This document shows positions 48,745 through 60,069 of a stretch of DNA of 64,000 nucleotides, piece by piece (the first letter of the stretch is position 1; each line of letters begins with the position of its first letter). Below the pieces are notes generated by a model that saw only the letters and a list, made by a program, of their open reading frames with translations, had not been told where the DNA came from and searched no databases. A program made the translations under genes and the position numbers. The DNA lies in contig CM060732.1 of assembly GCA_030704615.1 (NCBI GenBank), positions 60,946,001 through 61,010,000 of the forward strand. Direction: 5' to 3'. The stretch comes from Takakia lepidozioides (Eukaryota > Plantae > Bryophyta).

Positions 48745-49077
48745 GTACGATCGCCACTTCCCCTTCAACACTTGAGTATGAATTTTGAATTCAACGATCC
48801 TCTTCACCACGTGTCCTAATTTTGTTGGGTGATTCTAGTCATGTAGTCATAATATATAGACGTCACTATGACTACGTCACTGCCCTTTTGACTTCAAATA
48901 TATCTCTTCTATGTCGCATCTGGATCCGGTCCTCGAGCAAGATCACTTTCCATGCTTTGAACGTCACCCTCTACCCTGTTTGAATGCTACGCACACTGAT
49001 TGAACTTGATTTGCACCAGCTACCAGTTCTATATGCAAATCGTGTACTACATCTGTAAGTAGAGTTTTTGAGTATCC

Positions 49078-52000
49078 ATGGTGAAGCGGCGGGTCCTGGA
49101 GGTGACTGTCCCTCTCACAGAGTACGAGAAGTTTCAAGAGGCACGGGTTGCTGCCATAAAGGAGGTGGAAGCAACGTTCAGGCAGTCGATAGAAGGGTGA
49201 GTTTAGTTCCTGACTTCGGTTATCCACTCACTGATTTTGTGATTCACCTTCTCCTCATACCTTACTGCAGCTCTCATAAGCTTCATAGCACGAACGGGGT
49301 AGCTGCAACTTCTACAAACAGAAAAGACAAGCAGTATGCAGTGAGTGACGAGTAGGCACTTTCAGGTGTGTCTGTGTGTGATTAGGCGGGAGGTGTCCGC
49401 AGTTCGTGGGCAGCCATTACTCAGTGGTAGGGTGCGGCTGTGCTTCAGCGTAAACTTAAGGTTTAGGGTATGTGCTTCCATGTCTTTGTGATTGTTCCCT
49501 GTAGTGGTCATGGAGTTGTTTGTGCAGGCTTCCAAGAGTGAAACGCCCTCAGAAGCCATGCGCTAGGAAGAAGAAAGGTACTGAATGTCCTGTAAAGCAA
49601 AGTGCCAGACTGAAGACGATGACAAAGGCAATGGAGAATGCTGAGGGCTCTTATGAGGACGACGAGGACGATCCACTCCTCCCACGCCAGGGCGAGGCGA
49701 CTGCGTCGTCGGCGGATGCCACGACGAGCCGGGAAGAAGTCGCCCACGCTCAGTGGCAAGACAGAAACGGCTATCTTCTACACTACGAATACCTTCTCCG
49801 TCTGTGAGTTGAAGTTCTTCACATTCACCATGATTGAAAGAATGTATGTTTTTGGTTCATTGATTCTTTGTGGTGGTTTTTCCTTTTGGTGCAATGTAGA
49901 GGGGTGCTTTGTTTTCGTTATGAGGGGCTCACAGCAGTACTGCACAGTTCTTGGCACAAGTAATTAGTTAGGGCTTTCCAGACACTTCAGGCAGACATAT
50001 TGCAGGGACACTTATCTTTCATGGACCCATTAGGTTTGTCCCTTTGAATGCTTGATATGGATTTTCAGGAACAACCCATACCTAAAAGGGTTTAGAAAAG
50101 TACCGGGAGCATATCATTGGGGCCAATCAAATTTGGGAGATTTACTGCCCAAGATCATACTGATTTTTGGGTAATCTTGTCTTTACAAATCTTATGTACT
50201 AAATGTTTGTTATCTTGAATTCTAGGATTTGCTGCTTGCTGCCTATATGTATGTGGATTCACCCACATTGTACTTGGTGTTTGTCTTTTTAGGGCAAGCA
50301 CAAGCGCTCTGTCAACATGATCCCTGTTGCTAGCAATGGAGATGGCGCCCACAACAAGGCAGGAGGTGGCCCTAAGTCTCCCCAGGTTTTTGGTTCTCTG
50401 CCACCAGTATGCCCACCTTATTATGGTATGCCTCAGTACCCACAAGCTGGCACTCAGTATGGTGAGGGGCAATATGGAAGTGCTGCTGTGTATGGGCAGT
50501 ATGGGCAGTATGCCCCTCCACCATATTTGCCACCCCCTAATAGCTATGGGGGTGGCAGACCACCAGACTATCCTCTTGCTTATGGACAATATGGCCAGTA
50601 TGGTCCTCGGCCTTCTGACCCACAGCCATGGCCACCAATCCCTACTTGGCGGGATCCTGCCGTGAATTCTCCTGTGCGAACGGAGGTCTCTGAAGGAGGG
50701 GATGGTGCCAATACAAAGAAAGAACCAATGCTTTAAGGAGGGCTAATAGCACAGCCAAAGTTGAAGCTGCGAAGGTGAAGGAAGTGAGGATAGTTGCAGG
50801 TCTTCCTCCGACGGTAGTTGTGACGAACACCAAAGGAGCCCCGTATGGTCAGACATAGAATGTATGGCATGCTGCCCTTAAAGGACAGGCTCTTCGTAGG
50901 CTAGATTGTTCCTTTCCCATCAACAACCAACCTGATGAACTTGTACACGAAATCAGAGATCACCTGGCTAAGCTATTTTCATATACGCCAAAGCAGTTGA
51001 CTGACCGTCACCTAAAAGAAACAATTGGTCGTATAATGAAGAGCCAGCGTTTTGATTCATACACTGCGTGGTTGAGTGGCAAGGGGAAACCCATTACTGT
51101 ATCTGATGACACATAGAACAAGCTTGTAAGTTATTGGCAGACAGAGGTTTTCCAGAAAGTGTCGGGCAACATGAAGAAGGCAAATGGTGCAATCCAAAAT
51201 CCTACCAAAACTGGCTGTGGTGGGAAGGCAATGGTGGAGGCACGCTTGGTAAGTGGCATCATCACTACTCTTTATTTTGTTCCTCATTGAAATACTATGT
51301 GTATATAGTGTGCCCTCATATTGGTTATTGACTTGTGGGATGTGTTTGTTTGTGGCATGGGTTAAATAAATTGCAGGAAGCACTATCAGGCTGCCCTCCT
51401 ACATTACATGAAATTCAAGAGTGTTCAGTGTCGCAGATGTCAGGTGGGAGCGAAATGCGGGTAATTCAATTTTCCACGTTTGCTTTCCTGGTTGCTTCAT
51501 CTTGATTCTTGCTAGGTTTTTTTTTCTATGTTTTTAGGCTAGGTTTTCTTTCCATTTTTTAGGCAGAAAACTTCTCTTGACTTGTTTCCAGTCTGACTTA
51601 GAGGCTGTAGTGTCCAAAGCCATGTGTGTTGCCATTAAATTGTCTGATGAAAATGAAGTTAGGCAGAAAACTTCCCTTGACTTGTTTCCAGTCTGACTTA
51701 GAGGCTGTAGTGTCCAAAGCCATGTCTGTTGCCATGATACTGTCAGATGAAAATGAAGTTAGGCAGAAAACTTCCCTTCACTTTATTCCAGTCTGTGACA
51801 TGGGGGATGACATCATTGTTTCGCTCAAACTGGGCGCAAGGTCAATGGCCACAAGGCTACAACAAACAACGTCTTATGAGTACATTCTTTCCAGTTGTTC
51901 ATGCTAGGTATTTTTGGTTTGATTCAACTCTGTTTTCATGGATTGGTAGGAAGGGAGTCGGGCATATGCTTCTGTAGCTGGCAGGATGGAGGGCTTCGAC

Positions 52001-53880
52001 AAACTGGTGGAATCACAAGGATGCGACATGTCAGATTTGAAATTGCAGATGCAGAGCATGATTGATTATCAAAAAGCCATTGTGACGCGATTAGGGATTA
52101 CTCTACCTGGCCCAGGCCCAGTGACATCTACGTTGGCTGCTTCTGGTGTGACAGTATCAAAATGTTTGGAAGAGCAATTTCAGACAGTAACTAGGGCTCA
52201 CTCTAAGCCCTCATGTATTGCCCTCACTGATGATGGTTTGAATTTGTCCGAGCAGTAACAAGATACAGGGAAGGCTAGCTGTGAGGTAGATGCGGGAGGT
52301 CAGCCCAAGCGACATACAGATGAAGTAGCAGTCCAGGGGGCAATGGTGATAGAAGAGCCTGGCACACCAGATTCTGGTATGTTGGTCTATGGGAGTTTAC
52401 ATGGGGAGGAAGATACAGATGCAGACCGTGACAAAACAGACAAGGATGTTGCTATACTTTCTCCCGCTCACATGTTAAAGCCAGATGACAGTTTGCTTTC
52501 TGGACCAGCGAGGAAGCATTTGCTAATTCTAGACTTAAACGGTTTGCTATGTGAATCATTTTATTTTGCTACTGGCGTTGCATCCCTTCCCAAATGTTTT
52601 GTGGGGAAGATGTGTGGCAAGAAGATGGTAGTTTTGAGACCACGTTGTTATGAGTTTTTGCAAAAGTGTTTTGAACACTTTGAGGTGGCGGTGTGGTCTT
52701 GTTGCTAAGCTCGCAACTTCTTCCCAATAGTGGACTATATTTTTGCAGCCCACACTAACCTTGTTTTCCAGTGGGATGCCCTTTACTGTGACGAGGATCC
52801 AGTCCTCCCATCTCGTAAGGGGTATGATTCAAAACCGTTGTTCTACAAGAACTTGTCTAGAGTGTGGGCAAAGTGGCCAGAGTGGAGTCATGAGGACACT
52901 GTTCTTGTTGACGACACACCGGGAAAGGCGGCAAACAATCCTCCATTCAGTGGGATTTTCCCAGCCGCCATGGAAAGTGCAACCAGATTTGCCATGTGAT
53001 GATTATCTAACAAATGTGTTGTGGCATTTCTTGTGGAAGGCATCGAAAGTTGCCAGTATTCCAGCTTTTTTGGAGTCTCAACCTGTTTTGGGACAACAAC
53101 CATACAACTCTGCTTCATGTCCTGCTGAGAAGGTACAAACATTCTAACGCTAAACTTGTGAGGCTTGAACATTTGTGGGTTCCTTCATTGCATTGCTTTC
53201 CTGCATGTTTCTCCTCAGTTGCTTCATTAATGCTAGGTTGTCTTTGCAGGTCTTCACGCTAGGTTTTCTCGTTTGATTCATGCTTGAGTTTTGTTTTCTG
53301 TTCTCCTTGAGGCTTCACTAATACACTGTTGTTTTCTGGTCTACGGCACAAGAACTTGTGACAAAGAAAGGTGGCCTTGTCGACAACCCAGTAAAGGCCA
53401 GGGGCAAGACTATCGACCTGCCAAGTAGCCCCCCAAAGGAGGTCTCACGAGTCACAACCACTTTGAGACTGCAAATGGAGTAAGTCCAGGCCCTCCTCTT
53501 GTCTGTTTTATTTTTTTCCAACCTTGGGGCTCTCTTTAATTCCTAAATGTTGAGTGTCGTAGTGGTGCAGGTCATGGGTTTTCACAACTTGTTGTTTTTG
53601 TGTGGAGTTCGGATCACAGTTCAGGGTGGGTGACGTGGTTCGGCTGCTGGATGTGAACTCCAAACGCAAGAAAGTTGGAGTAGGGCTGATTGTTACTCTT
53701 CAAGGTGTTGTGGTGGGTTACGGGTACCCTGCTGTGCCCTTTGACTATGCCTGTGTGTACATCAAAGAGGCAAATGTGAGTAACACTCCTCTACCATATG
53801 TGAATGGTGTTACAAAACATACGGAATTGGGGCAGGTGGTTGGCCAGACAACACTTTGGAGTCTAAAGTTGTTTTTTGCT
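49078..53880 (+). mobile_element. CACTA TnpA/TNP1-like multi-exon pseudogene with an embedded FCP1/NIF phosphatase-like domain
   Basis: TEYEKFQEARVA N-terminus; Transposase_24-like KLVSYWQTEVFQKVSGNMKKA..TGCGG; NIF domain LLILDLNGLL..LRPRCYEFLQKCFEHFEVAVWS..KNLSRVW..TVLVDDTPGKAANNP; C-terminal VPFDYACVYI..PLPY..LGQVVGQTTLW. In-frame stops present. Confidence 0.78.
51561..51795 (+). repeat. 100-bp tandem repeat, about 2.3 copies
   Basis: aggcagaaaactt starts at 51561, 51661 and 51761. Confidence 0.95.
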
Positions 53881-54334
53881 TACTGGGCCTTTTCAGGCAT
53901 GGATTTTTGGACCTTCTGGCCTTTGAGGTGTCCATTGGGACATTGGTTTCATTTGAATTTTAATTTACAGGTCGTGTATTCCCCTGCACTTGTCTATTTT
54001 GATTGTCCTTGTGGTTGTTAGTATGCAAGAGGGGTCCATTCTGTTTATTGGAATTTCACCATGTAATGAAGAATTTAAATCATTCAATCTATTTTTTTTA
54101 ATATAACATTAATAAATTAAACAATAATACCATTAATAAAATTTACCAAGCTGATATCCCCCTGTTTTTAAAAATAAAATATAACTTTAAGAATTTAAAA
54201 TTATGAATACAAAACTATTAAATTATTTTCAAATAACATTCTTGATGACAGGTGGCATAAACCCTGCTCAAACTAGAACACGTGGCATTATATGACACGA
54301 CATTCTTTTATTCATATTTCACCACGTGTAAAGA

Positions 54335-54842
54335 TAAATAGTCATATATGCTAGTCATATATTCTCCAAGTGCCACATGTCACATCTGAAGGCATCACTG
54401 TGCAAACATGTAGTCATATGATCACGCCAAGAAGTTGTGACGTGTCAAATCCGCAGTGGCGCACGTGTCTATCCGGCGCCTCACCATGTAGGCGTCACAC
54501 TGCAGACATATAGTCATATGATCCCCTCACGGATGCATGACGTGTCGCTTGCGTAGTGGTGCACGTGTTCCTCTAAAGCCTCTCCATGTAGGCAACGCTC
54601 AGCAGACAATGTAGTCATATAGTTAGTTATAAGTAAGTCATAGAGCTGTGACTACATCAGTCTCTCCTACATGACTCCAAGTGCCACGCACGCAGTCACG
54701 ACTATGACTTGCAAAATGCAGTCCTAAAGACTAGTCGCTATCACGCCGCTTTTTTCACTACAGAGTGATGTAGTCATGAATGCATATAGGACTGAAAAAA
54801 TAGTCATATGTACAATTATAAAAACGCTCATCTGTTATAGTG
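54335..54842. mobile_element. CACTA right subterminal repeat array and TIR
   Basis: Many tagtcat / atgacta motifs in both orientations. The array ends in ..catctgttatagtg (reverse complement CACTATAACAG). Confidence 0.8.
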
Positions 54843-54999
54843 GCTTCTCTAATGTGCTCACGCTTAGGATCTGCTCACGCTTACTTGAATCTGCTCACGC
54901 TTAGTGTGCAAAGCGTGAGCCTGCTCACGTGAGCGGCTCATGCCGTAGCTTCTCCCAGTACTATCACAGGAGATCGGAGGCCCCAACACTTTCTCTATA

Positions 55000-56543
55000 G
55001 TAGGACAGTCAACAATGGAAGCGCATATACCTACTATGACCAATGGGGAGCTAGCACAAACTCCACATGAGTAGACACCACACAACAAGCCGGTATGCCT
55101 ATATGATAGAAGATAGAAGCAAACTGCAGCGTAGTGAAAAATCATTTGGAAGATACTATCATGTAAAACTCAACTTTGTCATATTCATATTTTCTGCATT
55201 ACAAAATATAATCTCGATGGATACACAGATGCCCAACAACATATGAACCAGTGCCAATGCTCAACCTATAAGACATCACTGGAAGAGCAAGGCTAATTTC
55301 CGCCACAATAAAGAGTGCATGTCATTGTATATACTTAACCTCGTGGATTATATCAGCTCACAACTGCTACCAACACGTTCAAAACAATTTTTACATTAGC
55401 ATTTAATTTTTACATTAGAATCTAAATACAGATATGACATCATACAATATCCATCCAAACTCTCATTTATACTGTACGAAAGTCCCAGAGACATCGAGAT
55501 CAAAGCAATTAACAGTGTAAATGCATTATTCATGAAGTACCTTACCGAAAAGGTTTTCAAGTAGTATTTCCGTAGGAAATGGCTTTCCAAAATGAAAATG
55601 TGGGTAACAAGTATTCGAAAAGTTCCACATTCTCGTCAAAAGACCAATGCAGCAATTGAGGCTTATCATGGTAATTTAAAATCTCGTCTATATGAGTAGA
55701 AAATCATTATGAAATGCAGGAGAGTGGATTGGATTATATACGAATTGGTGGGCGATGTTGCAATACATGGACCATAGACCAGGGGGTTTGTGACTAATTC
55801 CAAAGGAAAATTGTTGATTCAAAGCTCCGTTAAAGAGAGCAAGCAATATACTTAATTCCTATGTTGTGCATCCATCAATTGACGAAGAGCTCTTTTAGGT
55901 ACGAGCACTCAACATCATTTCACCAAATTCCATCAGTTATATAATTCCATAGGCGAATGGGCATGTTGCAAATGCAAATGGGCATTGCGGGGCAATTTGT
56001 ATAAACACCAAATTAAGGTTATACAACTGATCAAAAATATCCTTGGTACTCAATTTGTGCGAATTTATGGTGCCGAGTTTGGATTGGGAACGGTCTTCAT
56101 GTCCTATTTGAAGACACCAACAACTCACACCGTGCAGAACTCATGTTGGAAGATGGGTTGCATGAAGATAAACATCCATTCCTTGTTTGTGTATCATATT
56201 AAAAATTTTATAAGGTAATGCCTATCTCCATATTTACCTACATATGTATATCTATAATCAAATAAATATATTAAAATATATTTTAATAAATATATTTCAA
56301 GTTGGTTAATGTCATTTTCGTGCGTTGTGGCATACAGATGAACCTTCCCCAATTGCCAACCAACCTTCATGTCAAAACACTAAGTGTGATCCTATGAAGT
56401 TTGATATGCAATCTATTGCCCAAACAATGGAAGACATCATTCATACTATGGAAGGGGATAGTCCACAATTGGTTGGTCATACATTGGCTATGGTGAAGGC
56501 AGTGTATGGTGAAGTGCGATCACTGAAGAGTTTAGCAGAATAA
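55000..56543 (+). mobile_element. Mutator/MULE transposase remnant with SWIM zinc finger
   Basis: YFRRKWL..MWV..TNAAIEAYHGNLKSRL..RRVDWIIYELV and WACCKCKWALRGNLYKHQIKV (SWIM-like). Stops and frameshifts. Confidence 0.8.
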
Positions 56544-56824
56544 GACATGATGACATGATGCATCACTCTCGAGCCTTTCGGAAAATCGATGATAATGGTG
56601 ACAACTCCATTCGCCGAAAGAAAGATTTTTTGGAACGAAGTAAAAGTTGGAAGTGCACCAAAACATCCCCAAATGACACTATGCATGTTAGTCATAGTCC
56701 ATAGTTCATGAAAACATTGAGCAATCGAGTATGTATATATGGCTTTCTTGCTATGTTATGAAATGGTTCAGCGGGTCGCTTCTTATTGATGCCAATAAGC
56801 AAATACTAAACTATATTAAACTAT

Positions 56825-57895
56825 ACTACTCTCGTGTGGGTAGTTCAAAATCCAAAAGCTTATAGATGATTCATGTGGGTAGTGAAAAACATGACTACGA
56901 GTTTGGTCAAGCTTCATAATCCATAAACTCAGAATAATTGTCATGTAGGTAGTCATAAATTTTTCAAACAACTTGATAAAATATTGAACATGAGACTTTC
57001 TCCGATTTATGTATTGATAAATCATATGTAGACAGAAGTACCTGCATGAAGGTAGAATGTAGACAAGCTCTTAAAAATAAACACATGTTTTATGGATTGG
57101 TAATCATATTTTATACCGAAACTACCTTAATGTAGATAATAATAAAACATTGATGAACTCGAGAAGATACTCAATGTACGACTACCTTCGTGAAAGGTAG
57201 TTCCAAAAAAACTATACAAATAGCTTTATGGACGGTTTCAGAACTACATGTTTGTAGTGACCTAGACATCACCTTCATGGTTCTGAATATGCGACTACCT
57301 AGATATAGGTTGTAATAAAATGTTGGAAAACTTGATAAGATATTGAGTATGGAACTACCCTCGTGAAGATAGTTCAATATAGCTCTTAAATATAAACAAA
57401 TCATTTATGGATTGGTTGAGAACTACTGGGATGTAGGTAGTTTTGTCAAGCTTCATAATCCAAAAACTTAGTCCATAGTGCCAAAATTTTGAAGACCACA
57501 CTCCATGAAGGACTACGAGGAGGACTTAAATACAAATGCTTTACGCATTGATTAATCATTTGAGCTTCCTGGCATGTTGGTAATTTAGTCAAGCTTCATA
57601 ATCCTGAAACGTAGGAACTAGTATCTTGTGAGTGGTAATAAAATATTTGAAAACTTGAGAATATCACGAATATCAGATTACCTGTGTGAAGGTAGTTCTC
57701 CAAAGGCTCTTTAAAATGAACATAGTTCCAACATTGTTAAATAAATTGAGTAATATACATATAGATCAAATGTATTACCTTCAGGCGGGTAATACCAGCA
57801 ATATTAGATGTGTTGACAGACATACCTGCATGTAGGTAGTTTGGTATAGCTTAACAATCCAGAAACATATGAACCACTTTTACGTGGGTAGTTAC
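56825..57895. repeat. Degenerate AT-rich array built on the palindromic motif actacct-N6/7-aggtagt
   Basis: About a dozen full or half sites (for example 57181 actaccttcgtgaaaggtagt), plus gtcaagcttcataatcc three times. The motif recurs at 61982. Confidence 0.7.
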
Positions 57896-59559
57896 ACAAT
57901 TTTCAAAAACTTATGCCCCGGCCGCACCTGCCGGTTAGCTAGCAGGCCACGCGGCAGTTTGTTAGCAGGAGCGCAAAAATAAGTATTTCGGGCTGCCCGC
58001 CCGTCTTCCCCGCGGCTATGGTGGATGGAGCCCGTGGGAGCTGCTTGACGACTACGAAACTTGCAGGTTTGCTTGGTGCTTATAGAGTTCACAGCGATTT
58101 GAAGCGAGAAGAGCGTGCAGCAAAATGCCTTCTTGAGTCGCAAAGGTGAGAAAGTTTTCTGGAATTGCTCCATGGTTTCTCCTTTTTCTCTCCTCCAATG
58201 AAGGCATCGGTTGTTGCTTTCTTCCCTTGCTCCTGCTCTGCACCTTCAATGGAAGTCTTGCCACACTGGGACTGCCCTTCACTGCATCAAAATTTTAGCT
58301 TCACTATGCCAATCAAACCAGATGCTGAGGTGTGGAAGGTAAACACACTTGATTAGAAAGTAAACACACTTTAGCTATTGAGGTTTCGTCTTAGAATACC
58401 GGAGTTTGGAATCCTCTCTACCAGTAGTCAATAGTCTCTGCTCTGCTAAACGTGTGAACAGCTTGACCCTTGCACAATAAAGCCGCAAAAATTCTAGGTG
58501 TTATGAACCTGGGCCGGGTAAGGCTTGTTGCACGTCAGAATGAGCCACTGCTAGTGTAAGTGTGAAGCAGGCCTATGTGGCCCAAAAGTGCCTCGCCTGA
58601 AGTCTCTCTTCAATGCACACAAAAATTAGGATGAGGCCTCTCTCCGTCGCGGTGACCGCTAGGCTGGGCTGTAGGTCGTTTGGGAGGTTAGCACCAATCC
58701 TCTTCTGTCTGTGTGCGTCTGTATCTACCTCCATTCTGACCTTGTATTTAGGCTGTCTGTCCGTTCCTATTTCTGTCTTCCCCTCACAGATTTTTGGTCA
58801 GTGTATCTGATGTTGTGTAACATCATCTTATGGACATTTCTGTGGATTTCATCTGAATGGTCTTACTTTTGCAGGAAATTTGGTGAAGAGAAGGCACGCT
58901 GGCTGGAGGGGCTGCAACCAGTGTCAGTGGATAAGGCTTATGACAAGGTTTTTACTTCTCATATTTCTGGAGTGTAACCAAGTGTGTGAATATGGACATG
59001 TTGCTAGTTCTAGCTTGTAACAGATGTCAGACATGTAATTCTGGTTGCACTGCCAGGCACAGTATTGAGGAAAGGGACAGAAGCATTATGAACAGCCCTT
59101 CTGAGCTTCAGGTTTGTTATACCATATAACATCTGGGTTGTGGGTTGTGCTTTCCAGCTGCATTTCTTCTGCAATGTGTTTCTAGGTGTATTAGGCTTCC
59201 ACTTCCCTAAAGTTGTTAAGCCCGGATCTGAAGCCTGCGAATGGAAACCAGATTGTTGTTGATTTTGCTGAGTGTGCTGTATTGTGCAGAAACCGATGGA
59301 GGTATCAAGGTGGCATCAGTGCCAGTTGCAGCCTGGCTATGTTGCGGCAGAAGTGCTATGAGGGATGCTATGAGCTTAGGTGTGAATACATCGGGCAGTC
59401 CAGCAATGCTTGCTATCTGAGATGGCGTAAGTGTGGAACTTAGGTTTGGGTTAGTGTTCGCATAAGCAGTCTGCTTCAGTTGCTCTGAAGGAAATCGAGC
59501 CATGGCCTCGAAACTAATAAGCTACGCTTCTGTACTTTCTGTTTGCACAACAACATGGA

Positions 59560-60069
59560 TTGGAGGCAGTTGTGTCATGGAGTGAAAGTAGACCACAAAT
59601 GGCCATTTTCAGTTTGCAAACTCAGTCCTGGTTACTTTGGACTGTTGTGCAGCCCTCCATCAATAGCAAGTCTGCCGAGTTACTGGAAATTGAATGCCCC
59701 CGAATTGTTATAAATCCAACTCCTTCTTGGAAGGCTTTCCTCCATCTATCTGTTCCTCGAGAGGCTCAGCCTGGGATTGTTCTTGATGACCTGCTAATTG
59801 AGGACATTGACCCCATGACTTGGGCAGTTACAGCCTCCTTAAGGCCACGAAAGCCAGCTGGTATTGATGAGGAGAAACTAGGACTGTCTGTTGCGGAGCA
59901 CTTTCGCCTTGCATTTTCTTCCAGAGATGAACGTCTGGCACCGAGAGCCAAAAACATGAGACATAATCAAAGACGAGCCGAAAAAGCATGGCTCAGCTCT
60001 GACACACAAGCTAAAGCCCAAGTTTGGGCAGCGATTGCACATAAGTCTCTCAGGAATTGGGCACAGTAA
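59560..60069 (+). other. Unassigned coding-like ORF or exon remnant
   Basis: 169-codon open frame without an ATG start and with protein-like composition. No family recognised. Confidence 0.3.
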
